Assembly (NCBI GenBank): GCA_045568075.1
Contig: JBJLBP010000001.1
Coordinates: 300,001 to 332,000 of the forward strand
Reading direction: 5' to 3'
DNA: 32,000 bases
Origin: Candidatus Thalassarchaeaceae archaeon
Lineage (GTDB): Archaea; Thermoplasmatota; Poseidoniia; Poseidoniales; Thalassarchaeaceae
Under the pieces are notes generated by a model, which saw only the letters and a list, made by a program, of their open reading frames with translations, ran no database searches and was not told where the DNA came from. The position numbers and the translations under genes are program-made. Shown here piece after piece: positions 22,608-31,482 of the stretch (its first letter is position 1; the number at the start of each line of letters is the position of its first letter).

Positions 22608-25600
22608 ATCGCTTGAATGAATCATATCGACGGACGATACTTTCCCTCTCCCTCGCGTTGCTAATGCTCGGGATGTCTGCGGCTTTCGCCCTCGATGCTG
22701 GAGAGTCAGAATCTCTGCCAGAGGAGCAGTCGCCTCGCGATAATCACTCACCACTCCACGAGCCAGGCGCACCTCTAGGGTCGGTCTACACCAACCTAAC
22801 CATCACCCAAGGATACAATCATGCCTGCATGATTCAAGCGAATCATAGCCTGATTTGTTGGGGCTCTGGAGGCTCTGGTAGATTGGGCCATGGTTCTTCC
22901 ACTAGTTCAGTAACTCCTGTCTATGCTAATCTTCCAGCCAATGAAACTCCTGTAGAAATCGGTGCTGGATGGTGGCACACATGTGGACTGATGGAATCTG
23001 GTAAGATTTACTGTTGGGGAAATGGTGGATTTGGCCAAATGGGCAATGGCCAAACCCAAGATAACAACTACGAGATGATACAGGTTTCACTCCCATTTGG
23101 AAGAACTGGGAAAACAATTGCAGTCGGTGAACACCACGCCTGCACTATCGCCGACAATGACGAGGTCTATTGTTGGGGCAATAACGAGCAAGGAGCAGTA
23201 GGAGCCTCAGGATACCAAGACGCGGAAGCAACTCCTGTTCATGTTGATCTGCCTGGCACTCTTTACGCGATATCTATTGGTGCGGGCAATGAACATACTT
23301 GTGTTGCGGTGAATAATGGAAGAGCATATTGTTGGGGAGAGAATTGGAATGGGCAACTCGGATATGGTGGCTCGGAATGGGCTTCATACCAACCACGAAT
23401 GGTCCAGATACCCGGAAATCGCGACGTTGTTTCGATTGCCGCCGGAGGTTGGCATTCCTGTGCTATCCTTGACAATGGCAAAGTCATGTGTTGGGGCCTA
23501 GACAACTGGGGGCAACTAGGAGATGGTGGTTCGAGTGAGGACCAGTTTACTCCTGTGTATGTCAGCATGGGGTCCAATACGGCTCGCGCAATTGTGACAG
23601 GTTGGGACACCAGTTGCATGATTCTCGATTATGGCCAAACCCAGTGTTGGGGTAAAAACAACAAAGGAGAGGCCGGTACTGGAGACACTGGCGTAAATGA
23701 GTACACAACTCCCGCTACTGTAGCAGGTTCCCACGACTTTGTCTCGATTTCGATGATCGATGAGGGAGCTTGTGCTATCAACTCCGATGCTGAGGTGTAT
23801 TGCTGGGGTGACAACTGGTATGGTCAAGCAGGAAACGGTCAAACAAGCACTCAAGAGTATAGTCCAGTCGAACTCGATTACAGCAATAATCACGCCAAAA
23901 TGAATGATCGTGACCCCGATGATGATGGGATTTTGACGATATTCGACCCAAGCCCCTACGGATGTATCGCGGGAACTTGGATTAACATTTCAACAGGAGA
24001 TTGTGCTGCCACCGACCAAGGCTACTACACAGATCAACCCCAGATGTACTACCAGATTCCTTGTGCGAATGGCACCTATCAGCCAGCTAGTGGGCAAGCG
24101 AGTTGTCTATTGGCACCCGCTGGATATTATGTCGATTATGAGGCCGCGGTGGAGGCAACACCCTGCCCTGCTGGCGAGTATCAGCCTACTGAAGGTCAGA
24201 CAAGTTGCCTTGAGACCATAGTCGGACACTACACCACTGGTGGGGACGCCAACCCGATCCCATGCGCTCCTGGATCTTATCAACCGGCCTCTGGACAGAG
24301 CGAATGCATACTCGCCGATCCAGGTTACCATGTTGATTCGAGTGGTTCATCAACCCAATCTATGTGTGCACCGGGCGGATACTCTGCTGGTAACGGCACC
24401 GCAGATTGCACTCTCGCGGAACTCGGTAGATTCGTCGCCGGTACTGGAGCCACAGGTTCTGATACCTGCGGCGTAGGAACTTACGCAGACGTTGAGGGAC
24501 TCGTCGCATGCAAAGATGCCGACGCAGGACACTACGTCGATACCGAAGGTGCATCTGAGCCTACTCCATGCCCTACGGGTCAATACCAGACAACAACGGG
24601 TCAAACCGAATGCATGGATACTGAAGTCGGCCATTACACCTCTGATGAAGGCAGCGCGAATCAACGCGAATGTGATCGAGGAAGCTTCCAAAGTTCAACG
24701 GGTGCATCTAGTTGTGATGCAGCCGAAGTGGGCCATTTCGTCGATGAAATGGCCGCTTCAGAGCAGACTCCCTGTACTGCGGGTTCCTACCAAAATGAAC
24801 CTAGTAGCACCTACTGCAAGTATGCATCAGAAGGCCATCACGTTCCCGATGCAGGCTCGTCTAGTCAAACTCGATGTCCAGTTGGTACATTCTCAGACAC
24901 CACTGGCCTTGTCGAATGTCACCAGGCCTCGCCTGGATACACAGTGATAGTCGAGGCATCCACCTCGCAGGATGCTTGCGAGATCGGTACTTACCAGTCT
25001 GACTTCGGTCAGACACATTGTGATGATGCGGAGATGGGACACTATGTTCCATCCGAAGGTGCTGGCGCCCAGACTCCTTGTTCCATGGGCACCTACCAAA
25101 GCCGAACTGGGCAGTCATCTTGTATCGATGCCGAACCTGGTTACTTCGCAGGTCAGGAAGGCATGACCAATCCTGACTTCTGCACGGCGGGAACATACCA
25201 ACCAAACTCAGGACAGAGTGCCTGTGATGATGCGGAGATGGGACACTACGTGGAATTGAGTGGAAAGACCGAACAGACCCCTTGCAAGCAAGGGAATTAC
25301 CAACCAAGTCCAGGTCAGACCTCTTGCCTAGAGGCAGATGCTGGCCACATCGTTCCAGAGAGTGGCGCGTCGGCTCAGACACCGTGCGAGCCAGGCACCT
25401 ATCAGGATCGAACCGGCGAGATTACCTGTCGCCTCGCAGCCAAGAATAACTATGTCGATGAAGCCGGTTCCGACTCTCAAAAGAAGTGCGCAACCGGCTA
25501 TTCTCAACCCGAGCGTGGTCAGAGTGAATGCCTGAAGGATGCTGCTGAATCATCCCTGCCGATTATACCGATTGCAGGCGCGGTAGTCGTAGCTGCAGCT

Positions 25601-25726
25601 GTTGGTTTCTTCATGATGAATCGAGGCAAGTCGGGTGGCCCACCGAAGGGTGGTGCATCAGGTGGTAATATGCGCCGCGGGCCTCCACAAAAGGGAGCCA
25701 AGCGACGTAAGAAGCGACCTGAGTGA
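22604..25726 (+). CDS. Surface protein paralog 3 (1040 aa): same architecture, with a Gly/Pro/Lys/Arg-rich cytoplasmic tail.
   Basis: N-terminal LSLALLMLGMSAAFA. Blades: CWGSGGSGRLGHG, CWGNGGFGQMGNG, CWGNNEQGAVGAS, CWGENWNGQLGYG, CWGLDNWGQLGDG, CWGKNNKGEAGTG, CWGDNWYGQAGNG. NDRDPDDDGILTIFDP linker. A 32-Cys ladder. TM helix IPIAGAVVVAAAVGFFMM. Tail PPQKGAKRRKKRPE. Confidence 0.85.
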   Translation: MNRLNESYRRTILSLSLALLMLGMSAAFALDAGESESLPEEQSPRDNHSPLHEPGAPLGSVYTNLTITQGYNHACMIQANHSLICWGSGGSGRLGHGSSTSSVTPVYANLPANETPVEIGAGWWHTCGLMESGKIYCWGNGGFGQMGNGQTQDNNYEMIQVSLPFGRTGKTIAVGEHHACTIADNDEVYCWGNNEQGAVGASGYQDAEATPVHVDLPGTLYAISIGAGNEHTCVAVNNGRAYCWGENWNGQLGYGGSEWASYQPRMVQIPGNRDVVSIAAGGWHSCAILDNGKVMCWGLDNWGQLGDGGSSEDQFTPVYVSMGSNTARAIVTGWDTSCMILDYGQTQCWGKNNKGEAGTGDTGVNEYTTPATVAGSHDFVSISMIDEGACAINSDAEVYCWGDNWYGQAGNGQTSTQEYSPVELDYSNNHAKMNDRDPDDDGILTIFDPSPYGCIAGTWINISTGDCAATDQGYYTDQPQMYYQIPCANGTYQPASGQASCLLAPAGYYVDYEAAVEATPCPAGEYQPTEGQTSCLETIVGHYTTGGDANPIPCAPGSYQPASGQSECILADPGYHVDSSGSSTQSMCAPGGYSAGNGTADCTLAELGRFVAGTGATGSDTCGVGTYADVEGLVACKDADAGHYVDTEGASEPTPCPTGQYQTTTGQTECMDTEVGHYTSDEGSANQRECDRGSFQSSTGASSCDAAEVGHFVDEMAASEQTPCTAGSYQNEPSSTYCKYASEGHHVPDAGSSSQTRCPVGTFSDTTGLVECHQASPGYTVIVEASTSQDACEIGTYQSDFGQTHCDDAEMGHYVPSEGAGAQTPCSMGTYQSRTGQSSCIDAEPGYFAGQEGMTNPDFCTAGTYQPNSGQSACDDAEMGHYVELSGKTEQTPCKQGNYQPSPGQTSCLEADAGHIVPESGASAQTPCEPGTYQDRTGEITCRLAAKNNYVDEAGSDSQKKCATGYSQPERGQSECLKDAAESSLPIIPIAGAVVVAAAVGFFMMNRGKSGGPPKGGASGGNMRRGPPQKGAKRRKKRPE
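23963..25531 (+). repeat. In-frame coding repeat array of paralog 3 (32 cysteines, about 34-aa units).
   Basis: The span from first to last ladder Cys codon is 1569 nt (523 aa). Confidence 0.8.
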
Positions 25727-25731
25727 CTCGA

Positions 25732-25736
25732 TTTTT
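25732..25736 (+). terminator. Oligo-T (T5) tract, a candidate archaeal intrinsic terminator ending the three-gene unit.
   Basis: TTTTT lies 6 nt after the TGA of paralog 3. There is no comparable T-run after paralog 1 or inside the paralog 2/3 overlap. Confidence 0.35.
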
Positions 25737-25773
25737 GGATTCTCTTTGAGGTTAGGCGGGTGGTTCGCTTGAA

Positions 25774-26844
25774 ATGCGAACCCGTCTTGTGGCAGCCATG
25801 CGCGAGCATCCCTCCGACAGGGTCGACCTTCGCTCCGACACGGTGACACAGCCGACCGCAGCGATGCGTGAAGTGATGGCGGAAGCCGAAGTCGGCGACG
25901 ATGTTCTCGGCGACGACCACACGGTAATCGCTCTGGAAAACCGGCTCGCGGCCATGCTCGGCAAGGAAGCAGGTCTCTTCGTGCCGAGTGGAACTATGTC
26001 CAACGCCATCGCCATTCGTGCTCACACAAATCCTGGCGATGAGGTGGTCACCGAAGCCACCAGTCACATCTACATCTACGAAGGAGGTGGCTTCGCAGCC
26101 CTATCCGGATGCTCAATTGCCCTCGTTCCCGGCCGAGCAGGAATCATGGATCCGGCCGATGTTCGCAAAGCCATCCGTAAGGTAGACGGCAGTTTTGGTC
26201 ACTTCCCGAACGGCTCTCTCGTCTGCGTCGAAAACACCTCGAACCGCGGAGGTGGTTCTTGCTATGATCAAGAAATACTCGACGAAATCGGGCGCATCGC
26301 TCACGAAAACGACTGCAGTGCTCACCTCGATGGTGCTCGAATTTTCAACGCGGTCGCCGCTACTGGAACTGATATCGCACGCATGGTACGAGAATATGAC
26401 ACAGTCTCTATCTGCCTCTCCAAGGGACTTGGTGCACCAATCGGTAGCGTTCTTGTCGGACCACGCTCCTTCATTGATTTAGCGTATAGATGGCGGAAGA
26501 TGTTCGGTGGCGGCATGCGTCAAGCTGGAATCTTAGCCGCCGCCGGTCTCTACGCACTCGACCAACATGTCGAGCGATTGGCAGAAGATCACGACCGCGC
26601 GCGCCGCCTTGCAGCGGCGGTCAACGAAATGGATGGCTACGCGGTCGACATGAATTCAGTACAGACCAATATGGTGTATATTTCAACGGCTAATGGAGAG
26701 GCCCAGAAAGTTGTGGATCAGTTGGCAGAGCATGGTGTGGACACTTTGACAATCGACGATTCCACAGTTCGCGCAGTCATCCATCTTCACATCACAGACG
26801 AAGATATCGAGCGCGCAATCGCAGCATTTGCCACGACGCAATGA
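25774..26844 (+). CDS. ltaE: Low-specificity L-threonine aldolase (PLP-dependent, beta-eliminating-lyase fold).
   Basis: [70 protein letters not shown] (PLP Lys) and [14 protein letters not shown] are canonical threonine aldolase blocks. Confidence 0.9.
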   Translation: MRTRLVAAMREHPSDRVDLRSDTVTQPTAAMREVMAEAEVGDDVLGDDHTVIALENRLAAMLGKEAGLFVPSGTMSNAIAIRAHTNPGDEVVTEATSHIYIYEGGGFAALSGCSIALVPGRAGIMDPADVRKAIRKVDGSFGHFPNGSLVCVENTSNRGGGSCYDQEILDEIGRIAHENDCSAHLDGARIFNAVAATGTDIARMVREYDTVSICLSKGLGAPIGSVLVGPRSFIDLAYRWRKMFGGGMRQAGILAAAGLYALDQHVERLAEDHDRARRLAAAVNEMDGYAVDMNSVQTNMVYISTANGEAQKVVDQLAEHGVDTLTIDDSTVRAVIHLHITDEDIERAIAAFATTQ

Positions 26845-26883
26845 AGGCGAACCATTCATCATCAGCGCGAATTCCGCAAGTTG

Positions 26884-27813
26884 ATGCGAACCGTTCTGGC
26901 CCTCGCGATGGTGGCTCTTTTGCTGGCCCCCATGGGAGCGTTAGCCGAGAGCGCACCAATCTGGACGACAGCCCGCCATCAGGATGATTCCGGAACTTTC
27001 GGCGGGCTGAAACTTGCCTTAGGGAACGGTACAGTAGGCGCGAGCAAGACCTCGCAATACAGCGATTTACCAAATATCGTAGAGGTTTACACAGCCACTT
27101 GGTGCATGAATTGCGTTTCCAGTGAGTACGCGATGGATCAGGCGACTGAGGGCACAGATTCGGTACTTATTCACTACCATCGTCATTGGTTTGAGATTGA
27201 GGATCCATTCGGCTCGAACAGCACCGAGGAGCGTTGGGTTGCAGCATATGGAGACTCGTCAAAGGACAATGTTGGTACTGAGAGGGCAGCGCCGACCTCT
27301 GTCATCGATGGACAGAGAATGCACTCTGGTTCATCCCCCAAGGGAACTTCTCTTGTCGACGATTACTCGCAATCTCTGCTGGTTGGTAACCGTGCTTGGT
27401 TCATGGATGGAACAATCGACTTCTCTGTTGACTTCACTGATGGAGCAACCTTCTCTTGGAATTTCGACAATCTCGTATTTTCCTGCGCTGACGAATGTCC
27501 ACCTCAAACGACGACCCCGTGGATTCTCTTCGTGGAGGACTCGGCGCGCTTCGAGGACGGCTCGAACGGACTCGATGATTACGTGCATGTTGCTCACTCG
27601 GCCGTGCAACTTGATGGCACAAACGGCACGGCCGCGCTCGACATCCCTACGACATCAGATGGAGAAGACATGAACGCTGTACTGCTCATCGATTGGAACG
27701 TCGAGCACCCTCCAGATCCCGGCTTTCACAATCCACTTCCAGCGGTAGGAATCGCAACTTTTCTCTCACTTCTAGCTGCTATTCCACTGACCCGCGCCTC
27801 GCGTCAAGAGTGA
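26884..27813 (+). CDS. Secreted, C-terminally anchored thioredoxin-fold protein with a W-C-x-x-C motif (DUF1223-like).
   Basis: Signal peptide MRTVLALAMVALLLAPMGALA. VEVYTATWCMNCVSSEY...VLIHYHRHWFEIEDPFGS...EERWVAAYG...APTSVIDGQ parallels the DUF1223 pattern (ELFTSxGCSSCPPAD...HVDYW...D.F....RQxxY...TPQxvVNG). The C-terminus is DPGFHNPLPAVGIATFLSLLAAIPLTRASRQE, a hydrophobic helix followed by basic residues. The ORF-track start is TTG 26881. Confidence 0.6.
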   Translation: MRTVLALAMVALLLAPMGALAESAPIWTTARHQDDSGTFGGLKLALGNGTVGASKTSQYSDLPNIVEVYTATWCMNCVSSEYAMDQATEGTDSVLIHYHRHWFEIEDPFGSNSTEERWVAAYGDSSKDNVGTERAAPTSVIDGQRMHSGSSPKGTSLVDDYSQSLLVGNRAWFMDGTIDFSVDFTDGATFSWNFDNLVFSCADECPPQTTTPWILFVEDSARFEDGSNGLDDYVHVAHSAVQLDGTNGTAALDIPTTSDGEDMNAVLLIDWNVEHPPDPGFHNPLPAVGIATFLSLLAAIPLTRASRQE

Positions 27814-27867
27814 GTTGCACACACCTCAGCAATCGGCGAGTTCAAGAACCCCCTCCGAGCATCCTCG

Positions 27868-30800
27868 ATGCTCGGTGGTGTCATGGTTCAGGAAGTCGGC
27901 TTGTCGGTAACCAACGAGGAGGTCCCTCCCGGCCCTCTGCCGACGTGGTTACTCGACCACATGCGTCGCCAGAGTTGCGACCCTCAACCACACTCCATGG
28001 GTGGACCGTCTCGGGTTCTAGTGTTGTATGCGGGAGAGGAGGCGAGACGAGAGAATCTCGAGCGGCTCGCTGACGAGGGTGTGGTGATTGACAGGACTCT
28101 GCACCACACCCTCGACTCTCTTGAGAAATCTTTGCTGGCTGATTTGCGAATGCCGCGAGTGTTGTCACTTTCGGGCGGCTGGAGATTGGTCTTGGATGCC
28201 GCTTGCGCTGAGGCGGCTGCGCGGCTTGAGTTTCCAATCCTACACCCCATTCCGAGTCTCGACTGGAATCGCAACAAGACTCGTTCTCTGGCTTCACTAC
28301 ATTCGGTCTTGGCACGTGAAGGATGCCTCGATGAGTGGGACGGCGCTGGAATAGAGGGATTTTCACGTGTGTTGAAGGGGCTTGAGGAAGCACTCGGAGG
28401 GACTCATCCAGATTTTGTCACCAGCCGAGTTATTGAGTCGCTGAAGGCGTCACTGGAAGCCGACTCGACACCGTTCAGCCTATCGGAAGTAGATGGAATC
28501 ATCATGCTTGACCACGCGCCGATGATACCAGCATGTCGTCTGGAATTACTCGAAGCAATATCTCTTCACAAACCAATTCACCAATTGGTTAACCCAGGAA
28601 ATTTCAGGCTGGGAGAACACGGGTTGCTGATTCATGACGATTATGCTCTGAAGAATCTGGATGGCGTGCCGTGGGTTCCGACTCACGAAATCGCTGACCT
28701 CTCGGATTTGGGGCGCTCTCCACACAGGCGCTTCCGATTGCAGCGAGAGTCGCATTCAATTGCTCAGGCGACTCTCATAATCGCAGAGCAATTACGCTCT
28801 GATCCGGATAGCAGTATTCTGATTGTTGACCCGACTGCGGCAGATGATCCACACCAGTGGAGCCGTGCTCTAGCTGACCTCGGGGCTGCGCTGCCAGGAT
28901 CTGAGGCGATGGCGTCGAGTAAGCCTCTTGGACACTGGATGGCGAGCCTTGCTGGGATTTGCCATGGACCGAATGCATGGTCTTTGGAGGGTCTGCGAGC
29001 GCTGGCTCTGCAGCGCTCGTTAGCATTATTCGATGAAATCGATGGACATCCTGCGATTGATGATTTAGTTGCTGAGGCAACTGCAGATTTGCTGACAGAT
29101 TTGGCACGTAGTGACCACTTACTTGGTGGACCCGGGGCTCTCGAACGCTGGCTTGCAACTCTTGCGCGGGATGAGACCGATCCACGCAAAGGCCCAGTCA
29201 AGGAGGCGACGCAGTGGTGGCTACTTTCACTTGCGAATTCTAATCGTGCGCTAATGGCTGATTATGATAAGCAAGTACTTTCCAATCAAGAGTTTTGGCA
29301 AGGCTGTCACAGTGGTCAACATCTACCGGTTGCCAGCGCTCCAGAAACTGGTGATGAATGGCTCATTGCAGCGCTATCGAGAATAAATCTCAGTGCAGGA
29401 ATCGAAGCCGGCGACGGCTCGGTATCGCTCCCAGCCGCCGTTGTTCAGAACCTCGTCGACGCTCATTCGAGACTGAGAAAGATGCAGGAGACGACAGGTC
29501 AATCTAATCCCTCAGGGGGCACCGAATGGGTTGAGGAATTAGAGACGATTCTATCTTCAACGCCGGTGCGCAGTGGAGGTGGGGTCAGCCGAGAAAACAT
29601 CCGCTTGACCACACCAGAGGGCGCTCTAGGCTGCACTGCAGACCTCATCATCCTCGCTAATGTCTCCAGTTCATCTTGGGATTTGCGAGTTTCAAAGGTT
29701 CCATTTTTTGGTGATGAGGAAAGGCACAAACTCGGTATCCTTAGACCCGACACTCCGATTCGTCAGGCCAGGCACCACCTCGCACACCTACTCAGCGCGG
29801 CGAGTAATGAGATTGTCATTCTCGATCCGAGTGAAGATAAATCGACTCCAGTAGCAGCACCAATTCGAGAATGGGCGCGTGTCAATAGCCCAGATTCAGA
29901 AGCTCCCCAACTGGAGGAATCGCCTAATCGTGAGAACGACGCGCGCAACCAGCGCTGGACAGATGGCCGAGAACTCAATTTGATGCGAGCAGCTTCGCGT
30001 CCAGCGCTGAACCCAGCGTCGATTTCAATCCCACTTGATGTCGAAATTCAATCGGACAGAGAGCGAAGACAACCCCGGAACACCGACGACGAAGGTTACC
30101 TTCCCGAAGCAGCTCAACCTCACATTTGGGCCATCGAAAAGGACCAACTTTTGCGGACACATAGAGGTGCTGGACTACGACCGCGACTAGCCACTAGATG
30201 GCCGGTCGTCGGTGGTCCAAACCGTGAGACCATCGATCCTCGCCCCCTCCGTCCTAAAGCAACAGGATCACAACCTTACAATTCTCGTCACGGCTATCTT
30301 GAAGGAGCGGAGCAGTCAGTCGAAATTTGGTCTGCAAGTCGCCTCAAAGAGTGGGTCACCTGCCCGAGAAGGGGGTGGCTAAGCAGGGGATTGTCGGCCG
30401 AGGAGGAAGAACGTCAGAGAGAGGACTTAGACTCACGAGCACAAGGAAATTTACTCCATGAAGTTCACCACCGGATCCTTGAACGCATCCTCGGAATTGA
30501 ACAAGGAATCGAGCGCACAATTGACCAAATCCAGAAGGGGGAATTTCCTCAAAATATCACATCAAGCGGACTCTCGGACGCCGAATTACAATCGATTGCT
30601 CTCGACGAATTATCCAACCTTGCACCTTGGTTGGAACGCACCGATGCGGTATCGAGCGCGAGGCTGAGATTGCTAACTGGATTCTCGCGCGCAGAGTGGT
30701 TAGATTGGCTGAAGGATGGTTCTCCGATTAGTCCAACAGGACGAATCGGACGAATGGTTACTGCCGAATGTTCTCTAGAAGGAACGATTCCAATCGCGAC

Positions 30801-31482
30801 GGAATGGGAGGCGCTGTCATTCAATTCGGCCGGGGTCGAGATTTCTATTCCTGCTAAGATCACAAGCCCTGGGAAGCAGAAATTGCCACCACTACGGCTT
30901 CGTGGACAGATAGACAGAGTCGACTTGCTTCCATTCGACGCTGAAATGAAAGTCCTTGTCGACGAATCCGGCTCGAATAGCATCGCCCCATTGAGGCTCG
31001 CAGGCAGTGATTGGAAACCACGCCGTCTGATCATTATACGCGATATCAAAACAAGTGAGGGCGACCCTCTCAAACGCCACAAAGTAGGTTTGCTGGAGGA
31101 ATTACAACTCGCACTCTACGCCCGAGCTTGGGAGGTAGCCCATCCCGGAGACCTCGTTGTGGCCACAGGAATCAGCGTGATTGGCCACAACACCGACCAT
31201 TTACTCGAGGTTTCGAACCATCTGGCTACTAATTCAAAATCGAGGAACTTCGGCAATACGAAGAAGCAGCAGACACCCTCTCGATATCGCTTCCCAGACG
31301 AGGACGCAGAGAGCAAAAGCGATCCATTCCGGGCTTGGTTGGCTCAGAGACTATCCTCAGCCCTCGCGGCCGCAGCGAGAGCGGCCGAAGGTCGAGTTCA
31401 CCCAACACCGAGCAAGGATGCGTGCAAGTTCTGCCCGGTAACCTCGGTGTGCAATGTGAGACACAAGGGGGATGACCGATGA
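27868..31482 (+). CDS. addB: AddB-like helicase-nuclease subunit: no visible Walker A, and a C-terminal PD-(D/E)XK nuclease with four Fe-S cluster cysteines.
   Basis: The C-terminal domain carries SASRLKEWVTCPRRGWL (Cys 1), GNLLHEVHHRIL, LRGQIDRVDLL (D), IIIRDIKTSEG (D-x-K), QLALYARAW (QxxxY) and CKFCPVTSVC (Cys 2-4). This is the AddB/Cas4-type iron-sulfur nuclease layout. At 1204 aa it is similar in size to bacterial AddB. It precedes a UvrD-like gene with an ATGA overlap. Confidence 0.7.
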   Translation: MLGGVMVQEVGLSVTNEEVPPGPLPTWLLDHMRRQSCDPQPHSMGGPSRVLVLYAGEEARRENLERLADEGVVIDRTLHHTLDSLEKSLLADLRMPRVLSLSGGWRLVLDAACAEAAARLEFPILHPIPSLDWNRNKTRSLASLHSVLAREGCLDEWDGAGIEGFSRVLKGLEEALGGTHPDFVTSRVIESLKASLEADSTPFSLSEVDGIIMLDHAPMIPACRLELLEAISLHKPIHQLVNPGNFRLGEHGLLIHDDYALKNLDGVPWVPTHEIADLSDLGRSPHRRFRLQRESHSIAQATLIIAEQLRSDPDSSILIVDPTAADDPHQWSRALADLGAALPGSEAMASSKPLGHWMASLAGICHGPNAWSLEGLRALALQRSLALFDEIDGHPAIDDLVAEATADLLTDLARSDHLLGGPGALERWLATLARDETDPRKGPVKEATQWWLLSLANSNRALMADYDKQVLSNQEFWQGCHSGQHLPVASAPETGDEWLIAALSRINLSAGIEAGDGSVSLPAAVVQNLVDAHSRLRKMQETTGQSNPSGGTEWVEELETILSSTPVRSGGGVSRENIRLTTPEGALGCTADLIILANVSSSSWDLRVSKVPFFGDEERHKLGILRPDTPIRQARHHLAHLLSAASNEIVILDPSEDKSTPVAAPIREWARVNSPDSEAPQLEESPNRENDARNQRWTDGRELNLMRAASRPALNPASISIPLDVEIQSDRERRQPRNTDDEGYLPEAAQPHIWAIEKDQLLRTHRGAGLRPRLATRWPVVGGPNRETIDPRPLRPKATGSQPYNSRHGYLEGAEQSVEIWSASRLKEWVTCPRRGWLSRGLSAEEEERQREDLDSRAQGNLLHEVHHRILERILGIEQGIERTIDQIQKGEFPQNITSSGLSDAELQSIALDELSNLAPWLERTDAVSSARLRLLTGFSRAEWLDWLKDGSPISPTGRIGRMVTAECSLEGTIPIATEWEALSFNSAGVEISIPAKITSPGKQKLPPLRLRGQIDRVDLLPFDAEMKVLVDESGSNSIAPLRLAGSDWKPRRLIIIRDIKTSEGDPLKRHKVGLLEELQLALYARAWEVAHPGDLVVATGISVIGHNTDHLLEVSNHLATNSKSRNFGNTKKQQTPSRYRFPDEDAESKSDPFRAWLAQRLSSALAAAARAAEGRVHPTPSKDACKFCPVTSVCNVRHKGDDR

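Noticed and set aside
17650-25531. A roughly 102-nt periodicity that could be mistaken for a CRISPR array or a non-coding tandem repeat.
   Set aside because: The periodicity is in-frame with long ORFs. The units are conserved at the protein level (Cys/Gly/Tyr/Gln positions) but diverged at the DNA level. There is no alternation of identical repeats and unique spacers, and no cas genes are present.
25519-26067. 182-aa minus-strand ORF spanning the end of paralog 3, the intergenic T5 tract and the start of ltaE.
   Set aside because: It overlaps two strongly supported plus-strand genes and crosses a probable terminator. It has no motifs.
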